The notes below the pieces were generated by a model. That model was not told where the DNA came from. It saw only the letters and a program-made list of their open reading frames with translations, and did no database searches. 64,000 nt of DNA from Lama glama (Eukaryota): positions 67,148,001-67,212,000 of the forward strand of contig CM052816.1 in assembly GCA_028534125.1 (NCBI GenBank), in the 5' to 3' direction. Below are positions 41,347 to 54,357 of the stretch, one piece after another; the first letter of the stretch is position 1; each line of letters opens with the position of its first letter. The position numbers were made by a program, and so were the translations under genes.

Positions 41347-41761
41347 TATTATGGGCTGAATTGTGTCCCCCAAAATTCACATGTTGAAGCCCTAATCCCT
41401 AATGTGACAGTATTAGGAGATAAGGCCTTTTAGGAGGTAATTAAGGTTAAAAGAGGTCATAAGGGTGAGCTCTATTCCAATAGGACTACTGTCCTTATAA
41501 AAAGATAGAAATACACCAGAGATATCTCCCTCCTGCCTTCCCTTCCAACACCCACTCTCTTTCCACGTGCATGTACAGAGGAAAGGACGTATGAGGACAC
41601 AGCCAGAATATGCTACCACTAGCCAGAAAGCGAGATCGCACCAGAAACTAACCCCGACAGCACACTGAAACTAGCCTCTAAAACTGTGAGAAAGTAAATT
41701 TCTGTTGTTTAAATCACCAGTCTGTGGTATTTTGTTATGGCAGCCCAAGCTGATTAAGGCA
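41347..41761 (+). mobile_element. MLT1A-like MaLR solo LTR
   Basis: tatgggctgaattgtgtcccccaaaattcacatgttgaagccctaatccc...gtctgtggtattttgttatggcagcccaagctgattaaggca. Confidence 0.88.
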
Positions 41762-42159
41762 CGCCTTAATGAGGAATTTCAAAATAGTATGATAAATGCT
41801 ATGTAGAGGGGAAGAAGCCCAGGAGCTGCAGAGAACACAGAAGAAATAGCTCACATGGGCTTGGATCAGGAAGGGCTTTGCAGAGAAGTGACTCCTAAGC
41901 TGAGATGGAAGGGATGGGTTCAAGCAGCATTTCTCCAAGTATGGTCTGAGGACATCTGGGAGACTCTGAGAATCTCTTAGAGGGGTCCAGCATGTGCTGC
42001 CTTTCCCAAATGCTAAGGGTTGAATTGTGTTCCCCAACTAAAAAAAAAATATTGGAGTCTTAACTCTCAGTACCTCAGAATATGAATACATAGAGATAGT
42101 CTTTACAGAGATAATTAAGTTAAAATGAAAGCATTAGAGTGGGTCATCTACGTTGATTA

Positions 42160-42310
42160 CATATAGAAATTAAAATATTTGGGGTATACTAGGTTAAAAT
42201 ATACTATTAAAATTAATTATATCAGATTCTTTTTATCTTTTTAAGGCAGCTACTAGCAAACTTAAAATTACACATGTAGCATATATTATATTTCTATTGG
42301 ACAGTGCTGA
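42160..42310 (+). mobile_element. MER3/MER33-like hAT MITE 3' part
   Basis: aaaattacacatgtagcatatattatatttctattggacagtgctg. Confidence 0.65.
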
Positions 42311-42739
42311 TCTAGCTGAAGTTAGCTATAGACCTGGAAGGTCAACAGAAAATTGTGTATTTTTTTAAATAAAGCTGGCCTTTTAATCTCTTTAAGATTT
42401 TGGAGTTCAAGTAATCCTGCTTTGGACCACTCCTGTCACCAGTTGAGTGTATAACAAAAGGAGGGAGAATTCTCCTTCTAATTTTAAAAAAGGCATCAAA
42501 GCAACAACTGAGGCCCTCTAGGAGTAGTAGCATTCAGAGATCACAAGGACAGAATTGAGAGGCTGCACACATTGACTCAAGAATCTCCAAAACTCCCAAA
42601 ATTCTAGCTGGAGTTTGTAAACGGAGTTGGAGTTCCTGAGTTAGGATGTGCAGGTTTGGAGCTAAGGTGAATTTATTCAAGGCCTCAAGCTAGTGAAGTC
42701 AAAGGACTTTAGAGCCACAATGACTACTTGAAGATTATA

Positions 42740-43310
42740 TCTGTCAGGATGCTTTTAGCTGCAAGTAAGAAAACTTGAAGTAGCATAAACAATAGGGGAA
42801 TGTCTTACATAACAGAAAATTTAGAGGGAAGGCTCGATCCAAAATGTGTTGATCATAGTTCAGAACTGTGGACAAGAACTCAGTTTCTTTTTAGCCCTCT
42901 TTTTCCCATGTAATGCTGTTTTGTTTTGTTTTCTCATGGTTGTATTATTTCCTTGGTAGTATGTGAAGCTACACACTTCTTTATTTCCATCCATAGAGAG
43001 AAAGAGAGTGACTTCCCAAGTCACTTTCTTAAGATCAAGTAAGAATGTTCCTCACAGCTTCCAGAAAACTCTCCTCATGTCTCATTCACCAGACTTGGGC
43101 CATATGCCCATTCCTGAAACAATCACTGGCCAGGGTGATGGGATTAGACTTAGACCAATCAGGTTCCCTTTTCCAGAGCTGAGGAATTTGTCCCCTGAGC
43201 AACTTGTCATGCAAGAGGGTAAGGTGGATGCTTGAACAAAATTCAGGTCTTGTTAGTAAGAAAGAGGGCAAGGAATTCTACTGAGTAGGCAACCCACAGG
43301 GTCCATAACA
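42740..43310 (-). mobile_element. Old MLT1 (J/K/L-type) LTR
   Basis: gtcaggatgcttttagctgcaagtaag...ttgggccatatgcccattcctgaaacaatcactggccaggg...gtaggcaacccaca. Confidence 0.6.
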
Positions 43311-43860
43311 ACTCTATTTAAATACAAGTAAGAAGGAACCATCTTACAAGAGGTTAATATTCAAAATATATGAAAAACTAATACAACGCAACAGAAATAA
43401 CAATCCAATTTACAAATGGACAGAGAATCTGAATAGACGTTTTTCCAAAGTAAACACACAATGGCCAACAGGTACGTGACTAGGTGCTCAATATCACTAA
43501 TTATCAGGGAAATGCAAATCAAATCCACAATGAGCTATCATCTCACACCTGTTAGAATGGTTATCATCAAAACGACAGGAAATAACAAGTGTTGGTGAGA
43601 ATGTAGAGAAAAGAGGACCCTTGTGCACTGTTGGTAGGAATATAAACTGGTATAGCTACTATGGAAAACAGCACAGAGGTTCCTCAAAAAATTAAACATA
43701 GAACTACTGTATGATCCAGCAATTCCACTTCTGGATATTTATCCAAAGGAAACAAAATCTTAACCTAAAAACATATCTGCACCCCCATGTTCATTCACAA
43801 TAGCCAAGCCATGCAGCAGCCTAAGTGTCCATCAATGGATCAAAGATAAAGAAAATGTCG

Positions 43861-43894
<34 letters not shown>
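43861..43894. repeat. (CA)n microsatellite inside L1
   Basis: cacgcacacacaca... run. Confidence 0.95.
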
Positions 43895-43897
<3 letters not shown>

Positions 43898-44043
43898 GAA
43901 TATTATTAAGCCATAAAAAGATAAAACCCTGCCATTTACAATAGCATGGATGGACCTTGAAGGTATTACGCTAAGTGAAATAAGTCAGATAGAGAAATAC
44001 TGTATCATACAAATACTGTATGATCTCAGCTATATGTGGAATA

Positions 44044-44084
<41 letters not shown>

Positions 44085-44100
44085 AAATAATTAAATAAAA
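44044..44100. repeat. (TAAA)n microsatellite inside L1 3' UTR
   Basis: taaataaataaa... perfect then degenerate units. Confidence 0.95.
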
Positions 44101-45282
44101 CTGAACTCAAAGATATAGAAAACAGACTGGTGCTTATTAGAGGTGGACATTAGGAGGTGGGCAAAACAAGCAAAAGTAGCCAAAAGGTACAAACTGTCAG
44201 CAGATAATAAATAAGTTCTGGAGATATAATGTACAGTATGATGAATATAGTTAATAATACTGTGCTGTATACTCAAAAGTTGCCAGAGGTTAGATCTTAA
44301 AAGATCTCGTCACAAGAAAAAATAATTGTACCTATGTGTGGTGATGGATGTTAACTAAACTAATTGTGGTGATCATTTTGCAATACACACATACATCAAA
44401 TTATGTTGTACCCCTAAAACTAATACAGCATTACATGTCATTTATATCTCAATTTTTGAAAAAGAAGAAGGAGCCAGTTGGGGAAAAGCTTAAAAACACC
44501 AAAGTGGGAATAATACTTCCAGCCAATTATTCGGTCCTGAGCCAACTTCCCTCAGCCTCACAGCAGCCCCACAACTGGTTTGGCTCAGGGAAAACCATCT
44601 AATTTTAAGTGTCCAAAGCAACAGGTCATTGTGAAAAAGCATTATAAAAACAAAGATTCTATTTCAAAGCTGAATATCAGTAACTTCCAAAACATTTGTT
44701 GTTCAGTACTCTCTGGACTTCCACTAACTCTGCTTTTTTGCACAAATGGTGAAGAATCAAATAATCCTTACTCAGCCTCTTTCTCCATTTCCAGCAGAAA
44801 TACTTAGCCCATCTTTAAGTTCTACCTCTCTGCCTTCCCACAGGCCCCATGCTTTTCAGACCGCAAGTAATAAGAGTGTGTTCACTTGTGACTGTTTTCC
44901 AAGCCTCATTTGATACAGATAGGCCATAATCTAAAAGGAAATAGTAAGCTTGTTGAATCAGGGTTTGCTTTGTAACTGGGCAGGGGACAAAAGATGTCTT
45001 TTAGTTACTATTGTGTTTATCACAAAAACAGCTTGGGTTTTAAAACCCTCGGCATTAAACATTCTAATTCCCCCACATGACTCCTTCTGTAGCAGCCCAA
45101 AGGTCAAGATATACAGAAGGAACTGGAAGTCCACAGAGTTGTCTCTTCACTGAGCACAATGAAACACAATGAGAGTACACAGTCGGGGCTAGTAATTAAA
45201 GGAAACAAACCACGCTGACATGGCTCCAATCAACCCGGGGAATTTGGGAGTCAGAAGAGAACTTCAAGACAATCTGGTCCTC

Positions 45283-45752
45283 TGTGGTAGGTAAAATATG
45301 CCCCAACCCCCCACCAAAATGCCCACGTCTTAGTCCTTAGAAACTGTGAACATGTTACTTTACATGGTATAGGGAATTCGCAGATATTATTAAAGAATAT
45401 GAGTGAAGAGTACCCCAGATTATCAGTGAGGGCCCAGGGTAATCACATGGGTTCTTATAAGTGAAAGAGGGGGGCAGGAGAGTCAGAGATGGGATGTGCT
45501 GATGGACACAGAGGTCAGAGGGATGCGGTTGCTGGCTGGAAGGGGTCCTCGAGACAAGGAAAGCAGGCAGCCCATAGAAGTTGGAAAAAAGGAGGAAACT
45601 GATTCTTCCCGAGAACTGTCAGAAGGAATGTAGCTCCGCCAATACTTGGATTCGAGACTTCTGACCTCCAGAATTATAAAAGATTAAACTTGTGTTGTTT
45701 TAAGTCACCAAGTTTGCAGTAATTTGTTACAGTAGCAATAGAATACAAATAA
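45283..45752 (+). mobile_element. MLT1D-like MaLR solo LTR
   Basis: tgtggtaggtaaaatatgcccc...gacttctgacctccagaattataaaag...aatttgttacagtagcaatag; same family as 32672-33144. Confidence 0.88.
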
Positions 45753-46399
45753 ACCCTATCACCTCATTTTATAAACGACTTTCCCCTCCCAAAACCTGCC
45801 ATATGCCGAGATGCTTGTACCTTTTTTTCATTTACCTTCTATTAATGCATTTATGGTAATGATAATTTTGTTTGCTAATTCTCTAACTAGACTTTGAGCA
45901 TCTCCAGGGTACAGACCATCTTTTCTTCTCTTCATCCCCAATAACACCTAACACAGATTTCTGACCCACAAAAATCAAATAATAAATATCTGTTAGCTGC
46001 AAGGAATCCAGGAGATCAAATAAAAGGAGTAAAAAGGCCAAAGACATCTCCCATGAGGGGACCACAAAGGCCCAGGCTCCCTTAGATCACAGCTTGCCCA
46101 GGGGAACGTGTGGGAGATGGTTTCAACAGCTGGTACAAAGTTACCCAGGGCACTCTAAGGCAGGAAGGGCTTAGAGTCAAGGAGCAAGCCTCTACATTTG
46201 TGGCTAAGCTATGGGGTCAAAATGCTGCAGGAGCAACAGAAGTGGTATCAGGGAGGTGATGCTAAGCCTTCAAATTTCTCTGCAGAAACAGATATTATTC
46301 TCCAAACTGGGGTGGCTTCCTGGCTTCTCACCTTCATTTGGGAATAGATGTGTCTTTTTGGACATGGGGTGGGCTCAGCAAATCACAGCTTCCCCCAGA

Positions 46400-46760
46400 G
46401 CTTTGTACTAAGGGTGGGTGCCTAACCCCAGGGGTCCTTCCCTCAAGAATTTTTGAGACACTTGTCAGAAAAGAACAATTTCTGTCTTTCTTGGAGCCAG
46501 CCATAAGTTGCCCAGGTTGCCCAAGTCACATTCCCCTGCCCTAGTCCACAGGAAGCTGGGAGAACAGGGTCAAGGCCCAGGGAGAAGCAGAGATGAAAGA
46601 GAGACCCTGGTAGGCCTGAGCCCTCAGAGGTCCTGGGAGTTGCCCTGATTAGTGTAGCTCTTCCTTGAATTCTGTGAACTACCCCAGTAAGCCTCCCAAG
46701 GGCTTAATCTGCTTGAAAATAGTTTCCTGTCACTGTTAAAGGAACGTCTGGCAAAAGCAT
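46400..46760 (+). mobile_element. Old MLT1 LTR 3' remnant
   Basis: ttggagccagccataagttgccc...gcttaatctgcttgaaaatagtttcctgtcact resembles old MLT1 3' ends. Confidence 0.45.
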
Positions 46761-47949
46761 TGAGTATATATGCAGCCAAGCAACCAAAAGCAATGCAAAG
46801 CTTATGGAGGCCCCTACTCTCTGAACGGCAGTCATTCCTCCTGGTATGCATCACTTCACATCTGTCAGCATCTTTCCTCCCATCTTTCCAGCCTCTTAGC
46901 CATCATGTGCAAGTGCTGGTAAGACCACATTCTTGGTGTCCCCAAAGCCACAGAATGTGGAGAGCAGCCTGCTGCAGGAGACAGGTGGGTCGGGGGGGAG
47001 GGGAGCAAACATTTCTTTCTATATAAATACTCCCTTTGCTAAGAACTGAGCATGTCAAAAGTCCCTCCTCTTCTCAATTTCACCAGCTTCTGTTGTTGCT
47101 GTTCCAGAATACTGTGTGGCAGATCATACACACAGGCCAAACATTCACAAGGAGGTTCAAAGAGGGAGACAGGGGAATTTCTGAAATAATACTCTTTTAT
47201 TTGGTCAACAAATGAATTGCCTATTTTGGCTGAAGCAGAGCCATTAACAAAGTTTCCAGCTTCTGAATCCTGTTTTCATTCTTTCTAGCTTCTCCCAATG
47301 AAGTCCCAGGGGTGTCTCCAGTCCTTGGAATAAGCCCCTGTTCACGACCCCATGTCCCAGAGCCTCATAATGCATTGAGTATAAAATCAAATCCACCCAG
47401 TCTGTGGGCCTGGGTGCGCCTCAGCCATCTATAGCAGCACCACACAAAAATTGTTAGGGAATCGCTGTAGAGACAAACACAAATGACAAAGGGCAGAGAG
47501 ATGCTGCTAACAGAGCACTCTGATAAAGGAAAAGTAGAGGAGAAGATTTAATTTCCTTGGGAATGAAGATCAGCTATGTGACATTTGTTTCTCTGTTTCT
47601 GCCTTCAAGATATCTTTAAGGTCAGATCTTCAAAAATAAAGCATGTCTTTGAATTAAAAATAACAACAATGAACTGCCGCCATTAGTAAAAAGACCCTAA
47701 GCTCACCTCCTGTCATGAGCACACCAAAATAACAACTATCTGCAGAACAACCATCAATGAAAAAGATGATGATGCCACAAAGCAGGCCAGATCCTACACT
47801 GGGAGCAAATGGACCCTGGCCCAGCCCACTAGCAGGCCAGCGCAACTCTCGGGAAACCACAGACCCCATACTCAAGTGTGTCAGGAAGCAAACCCTCAAC
47901 CCTCAATGATCTGAAACAACCTCTAGGGTAACTAACCTAACACATACAT

Positions 47950-50900
47950 AGCTTATAGCAATACAAACTTACCTCAGGAAACAAGAAAAATCTGAAATAA
48001 ACAACCTAATCTACACCTAAAGCAACTACAGAAAGAAGAACAAACAAACCCAAAGTTAATAGAAAGAAAGAAATCATAAAGATTAAAGAAGAAATAAATG
48101 AAATAGATGAAACAGAGACTTAAAAAAATAGAAAAGATCAATGAAACTAAATTTGGGTTTTTGAAAAAATAAACAAAATTAATAAACCTTTAGCTAGACT
48201 CATCAAAAACAATTTTTTTAAAATAGAGAGGGTCTATATGTGAAATCTAAAAAAAAGGACACAAGAGAACTACCTATTATTTACAACTTAGATGGCTGAT
48301 TTCTTGAATATGTGTAATTAAATTTGTGCTTTACGATTGGATTACTACATTCTGTTTTTATTTTGTGGTTGTCTTTATTCCTTTGATAACTATGTAAGTT
48401 TAAAAGCTAAAACTAAAAACTGTTCTTAGAAACAATGAACAGTGCATATATGCAAATTTTTTAAAGTATGTGCAATATATTGTATACATGTATTTACATG
48501 CAATATATTGTATATGGGCAGTCAAATTGTATCAATTTTACAAAATAAAAGTGAAAAATGAAATAAACAAAAATAGAAAAAGAGACCAGATTTGTGGTTA
48601 CCAGTGGCAGGGACTGCAGGTGGGGGGGAATTGTAGGAAGGTAGTCAAAAGACACAAACTTCCAGTTATACGTAATGTACAACATGATAAATGTATGAAC
48701 ACTGCAAAAAAAATGGAGAGAGCTCAAATCAACAAAATCAGAAATGAAAAAGAAGTTATAACCAACACCACAGAAACACAAAGGATCATGAGAGACTACT
48801 ATGAGCAATTATATACCAACAAAATGGACAACCTAGAAGAAATGGACAAATTCTTAGAAAGGTACAATCTCCCAAGACTGACCCAGGAAGAAACAGAAAA
48901 TATGAACAGACAAATTAACAGTATTGAAATTGAATCAGTAACTTAAAAACTCCCAACAAACAAAAGTCTAGGACCAGATGGCTTCACTGGTGAATTCCAC
49001 TAAACATTTAGAGAAGCATTAACACCTATCCTTCTGAAACTATTCCAAAAAATTGCAGAAGAAGGAACACTTCTGAACTCATTCTATGAGGCCACCATCA
49101 CCCTGATACAAAAACCAAACAAAGATGTCACAAAAAAAGAAAATTACAGGCCAAAATCACTTATGAACAGAGGTACAAAAGTCCTCAAGAAAATATGAGC
49201 ACACTGACTCCAACAATACAGTAGAAGGATCATATACCATGATCAAGTGGGATTTATCCCAGGGATGCAAGGATTTTCCAGTATCTGTAAATCAATCAAT
49301 GCAATACACCACATGAACAAATTGAAGAATAAAAACTATATGATCATCTCAATAGATGCAGAAAAAGCTTTTGATAATGTTCAACATCTATTTATGTTTA
49401 AAAAGAAAAACTTTTCAGAAAGTGGGGATAGAGAGAACATATCTCAAAATAATAAAGGCCATATATGACAAACCTATTGCTAATATCATAATGGTGAAAA
49501 ACTGAAACCATTTTCTCTGAGATCAGGAACAAGACAAGGATGCCCTCTCTCACCACTTCTATTCAAAAGAGTTTTGGAAGTCCTAGCCACAGGAATCAGA
49601 GAAGAAAAAGAAAGAAAAGGAATCCAAGTTGGAAAGGAAGACATAAAACTGTCACTGTTTGCAGATGACTTGATACTATACATAGAAAATCCTACACTCC
49701 ACCAGAAGACTACTAGAGCTCATCAATCAATCCAGTAAAGTGGAAGAATACAAACAAGATACAGTAATCTGTTGTATTTCTATACACTAACAAAAAAACT
49801 ATCAGAAAGAAAAGTTAAGGAAAATAATCCAATTTACCACTGCATCATAAAGAATAAAATTCTCATGAATAAACCTATCTAAGGAGTTGCAAAAGCCTGT
49901 ACTTGGAAAACTATAAAACATGACGAAAGAAATTGAAGATGATACAGCTGGAAAGATATATCATGTTCTTGGATTGGAAGAATTGTTAAAATGACCATAT
50001 TACCAAGGCAATCTACAGATTCAATGCAGTTCTCATCAGATGACCAATGGTATTTTCACAGAATTCGAAAAAATAATTATAAAATTTGTATAGAAACACA
50101 AAAGACCCTAAATAGCCAAAACGATCTTAAGAAAGAAGAACAGAACTGGAGGAATCACAGACCCAGTCTTCAGACTATACTACAAAGGTATAGTAGTTAG
50201 AACAGTATGGTATTGCCACAAAAAGAAACACACAGAACAATGGAACAGAATAGATGGTCTACAAATAAACCCATGTACTTACAGTCAATTAATCTATGAC
50301 AAAGATGGAAAGAATATACAATGGAGAAATTATATTGCCTTCAGTAACTGGTGCTGGGAAAACTGAACAACTACATGTAAAAGAATGAAATTAGAACATT
50401 CTCTAACACCATATACAAAAATAAACTCAAAATGGATTAAAGACCTAAATATAAGATCAGATACTATGAATCTCCTAGAGAAAAACATAGGCAGAACACT
50501 AATTCGTAGCAACTTTTTTTTGGATCTGTCTCCTAAAGCAAAGGAAGTCATAGCAAAAATAAACAAAAGCATCTAATTAAATTTAAAAGCTTTTGCAAAG
50601 CAAAGGAAACCATAAACAGAACAAAAAGACAATCTACTGAATGGGAGAAAATATTTGCTAGTGATGCTACCGACAAGGGATTAATTTCCAAAATATACAG
50701 ACAGCTCATATAGCTCAATATCAAAAAATAAACAACCCAATCAAAAAACTAGTAGAAGACATAAATAGATATTTCTCCAAAGACAACATACAGATGGCCA
50801 ACAGGAACATGAAAAGATGCTCCACATTGCTAATTATTAGAGAGATGCAAATCAAAATCACAATGAACTACATCATCTCACACCAGTCAGAATGGCCATC

Positions 50901-51250
50901 ATCAAAAAGTCTACAAATAATAAATGCTGGAGAGGATGTGGAGAAAAGGGAAGCCTCCTACACTGTCAGTGGGAATGTAAATTCCAAGCCACTATGGAGA
51001 GCAATATGGAGGTTTCTTAAAAAAATAAAATAGAGTTACCGTATCCTACTCTTGGGCATATATCTGCAGAAAACTCTAACTCAAAAAGACACATCACCCC
51101 AATGTTCACAATAGCACTACTTATAATAGCCAAGACAGGGAAGCAACATAAATGTCCATCCACATATCAATGGATAAAGAAGATGTGGTATATATACACA
51201 ATGGAATATTACTCAGCCATAAAAAATTGAAATCGTGCCAACTGCAGCAA
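47950..51250 (+). pseudogene. Disrupted L1 ORF2 (reverse transcriptase); endonuclease domain absent
   Basis: ORF-track fragments 48470-48946, 49247-49468, 50385-50576 and 50794-51033 are L1 ORF2 pieces in different frames. Confidence 0.92.
48235..48709 (+). mobile_element. Nested insertion in L1 ORF2: L1 3' UTR pieces flanking an unassigned AT-rich segment
   Basis: Degenerate duplication aaaatagagagggtc (48220-48234) / aaaatggagagagctc (48710-48725); insert ends are L1 3' UTR-like (tatatgtgaaatctaaaaaaaaggacac; gaccagatttgtggttaccag...caaacttccagttata). Confidence 0.7.
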
Positions 51251-51799
51251 CATGAATGGACCTAAAGATCATCGTAACAAGTAAGTCAGACAGAGAAAGA
51301 CAAACATCATGTGATACCACTTATGTGTGGAATATTTAAAAAATGATACAAATGAATTTGTTTACAAAACAGAAACAGACTCACGGATGTAGAAAATGAC
51401 CTTATGGTTACCAAGTGGGAAAGGTTGGAGAGGGATAAATTAGGAGTTTGGGATTTGCAGATACAAACTGCTATATATAAAACAGATAAACAAAAAAGTC
51501 CTACTGTATAGCACAGGGCACTATATTCAATATCTTGTAATAACATAATAGAAAATAATCTGAAAAAGAACACATATATGTATAACTGAATCACTGTGTT
51601 GTACACCTGAAACATTGTAAATCAACTATACTTCAGTGAAAAAAAATAAGTTTCTTTTAAAAAAGCAAATTAATCCAAAAACATTTCTCAGCAACCCATC
51701 ATTGTAAGATGCAGCACTCAACTCTGAGGTGTCAAAGCAATGTGTGAGGCATAGTCCCTGGCCTCAAGGAGCCAATAATTACAATGATGATAATGACAA

Positions 51800-52020
51800 C
51801 AGCCAGCATTTACTGAGACCTTACTACAGGCTGAGTCTGCATAGAGGATCTAATCTAAACACCAAAAGAAACCAGAAGAACACAAGAATAGTCATTATCT
51901 TTATTTTGCAACAAAAGAAACAGAGGCTCTAAGAAAAACTGACTTGCATAAGGTCACATTAAACATTAAGCAACTGTGACTCAAACTCAGGTCTGAATTC
52001 CAAGTCTCTGCAGTTAATCT
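51800..52020 (-). mobile_element. MIR SINE
   Basis: aagaaacagaggctctaagaaaaactgacttgcataaggtcac is the antisense MIR core. Confidence 0.6.
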
Positions 52021-52399
52021 CCTGACTTAAGGAAAACTCTGTTCACAAGGGACAATTTATGATATAGAGATAGAGATACACACACAGAGAGATTGCACAA
52101 ATTTGGTGCAATGTTAACACCTGGAGAATTTGAGTGAAAGGATATGAGGTTTCTTTGCATTATACTTGCAATTTTTATAAATTTGAAACTATTTTAAAAT
52201 AAATTATTTAATAAAAAGACTGCCTATCTCAGGGCACTCTCACTACTGCTGAATATGAACTGTTTTTTCACCTGTGCCAATCTGACAGGAGAAAATAGTC
52301 CTAATTTACATGTCCTGGTTAATGAGCATTAAGTATTTATTTTTCTTTACAATTTGTATTTCTACTTTGAGTCAATCATCCATTTGTGACTTTTTCCAG

Positions 52400-52802
52400 G
52401 GGGTGTGGTGTCCCACCCAGATCCCATCTTAAGGGCTGGAGCATTCATTTCCCAGCCGCTCCCGTATCAGTGCTGATGGCTCACAGCTCCAGCCCTCACT
52501 GGGCACTGCCTCCACTCACAGGTAACTGTCTCACTGACAGGTACTCCCCCTTCCAGGCGGCAGCCCATGACCAATGACTGCCTAATGTGGTAATATGAAG
52601 GCCTGGTCCCCAGCCTGAATTTGGGACAACTCTGAAAGGCCATCCCAGCTCCCAGTAAAACTGGGTAGGACCTCAGTTGCCACCACTTTGCATATCACAC
52701 TTTGCATACACTGCTTGCCATGTGTATATCCAGAGATCACACCTCAACAAGCCTTCTACACACAGTTCTCCACCTCAGAACCTGTTTCTTGAACCCAAGA
52801 CA
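52400..52802 (+). mobile_element. LTR16A-like ERVL LTR
   Basis: cccagatcccatcttaagggctggagcattcatttcccagccgct...gggacaactctgaaaggccatcccagctccc...ctcagaacctgtttcttgaacccaagaca. Confidence 0.65.
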
Positions 52803-53974
52803 GGCAGAGCACCTTTTTACTCACTGATATGCAATGATAAGAGCTACACTGATTAACATTAAAACTTGAAATTTGTGTTCTCTAAACACAAATTTGTTTA
52901 GAGAATTCAGTGTTCACTGTTAATCCATGCACTCTCATCACTAATATTTCTTGTATCACTCATATCTAACACACACCTATGGAGAACCTCCTCTGTGCTT
53001 GCATGTGTGTACCCCTTGATGTATCGAGACAGCCTAGTTTACTGTGAAAGGCCACTCGAAGTACCTATAGTCATACTAACTCTTGCATATACTTCAGTTT
53101 ACAAAAAATAATGTAAAAGAATACAAAATAGCTGTCAGAAGTGCAGGGAGTAACAGCTTTTGTTCATATCATGTTTTACAGTTCTAGAGCAGCATATAAT
53201 AATCTCATTCAAACCCCATTCCAATCAGAATTCTCTGAGTGTGTTCAAATAAACAGCTTCAAGTAGCTGAAGGCATATTCATAACATACCAGGTTTTCCA
53301 TGCGTAACTTGAATTATACAAAGACATGCTTGACATTATCTTAAATTATGATTCAAGGTACCTGTGACTCTACACTTGAAATCCATTTCATTATATTTAA
53401 GTTAATCACAAACCCTGAATATATGGTGACATATATTCAATATGAGTGCATCTTAGTTTCTTCTAGAAAGGCAGTGACAGTGATTGAACAATTCGATGAA
53501 GTTGAAGGCTAAGCACAAGCTTCTGTTACCAAATAGAGGCACTAAAGAACAAATTTAATACGAACAAAGTATTATTTAAAATCTGTATATTAACTTTTTG
53601 GAACTGATGCTTCTTCTAGGATGCCAAGAATAATTTGTACAACTTATGCTCTAGGCATCCTGGCATTCCTTTACACTTGAAATCCAAGGGAAGCAGAAAG
53701 GTAAGTACCAATCTATCAATCTCTAAATTTCAGCATTACAAATTTTCTCTTTTGGGGTTTGGAAAGAACGATGTTTCCCACTTTTCTGGGAAATATGCAT
53801 GCATTTGCAATTGCTTCATGGTCTGAGAAAGGTTTACTTACAGAACCACATGTATATCCAAGCTAGATGTGGTCTTGAAAGTGCCTATTTCATTTCACCA
53901 ACAGCCAAAATGAGGCATTTATAATACTCGTTTAAGATAAGTATTATATTGTTTAAATCACCATTCTTATATGT

Positions 53975-54105
53975 CTTTGACCTTAATTATGTGATGATTT
54001 CACAGGTATATGCGTATGTCTAAACTTATTAGATGGTATACATTAAATATGTACAGTTTTATATGTATCAATTATATCTCAATAAAATTTTTTTTAAAAT
54101 AAAAA
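53975..54105 (+). mobile_element. Old L1 (L1MB/MC-type) 3' end
   Basis: gtgatgatttcacaggtatatgcgtatgtctaaacttatt...tgtatcaattatatctcaataaaa. Confidence 0.75.
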
Positions 54106-54134
54106 ATAAAGTAAATATTGATTCATTAAAAGTA

Positions 54135-54357
54135 AGGTAACTAATACTAACTACTATATTTAAAATAGATAAACAAGTGTATACTGTATAGCACAGGGAA
54201 CTATATTCCGCATCTTGCAGTCATTTATAATGAAAAAAGAATATGAAAAGGAATATATGTATGTATATGTATGACTGAAACATTATGCTGTACACCAGAA
54301 ATTGACACAACATTCTAAACTGACTATACTTCTACAAAATTTAAAAATAAATAAATA
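54135..54357 (+). mobile_element. Lineage-specific L1 3' end with A-rich tail
   Basis: actgtatagcacagggaactatatt...tgctgtacaccagaaattgacacaacatt...aaaaataaataaataa. Confidence 0.88.

Larger units (their letters stand above)
43342..44464 (+). mobile_element. 5'-truncated L1MA-type LINE-1 with TSD
   Basis: ORF2 end plus L1MA-like 3' UTR (ggtgatggatgttaactaaactaattgtggtgatcattttgcaat...tatatctcaattttt); TSD aagaaggaacca (43330-43341) / aagaaggagcca (44465-44476). Confidence 0.92.
47685..51648 (+). mobile_element. Rearranged, inactive LINE-1: 5' UTR piece, ORF2 (RT and C-terminus), 3' UTR, A tail
   Basis: 5' UTR-like gaccctaagctcacctcctgtcatgagcacaccaaa; ORF2 peptides [62 protein letters not shown] (near 49655), [16 protein letters not shown]; many frameshifts and stops. 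Confidence 0.95.

Noticed and set aside
47685..51648. Active or domesticated reverse transcriptase, or a retron-like system
   Set aside because: Ordinary L1 ORF2 with multiple frameshifts and stops, an insertion, and no ORF1 or EN.
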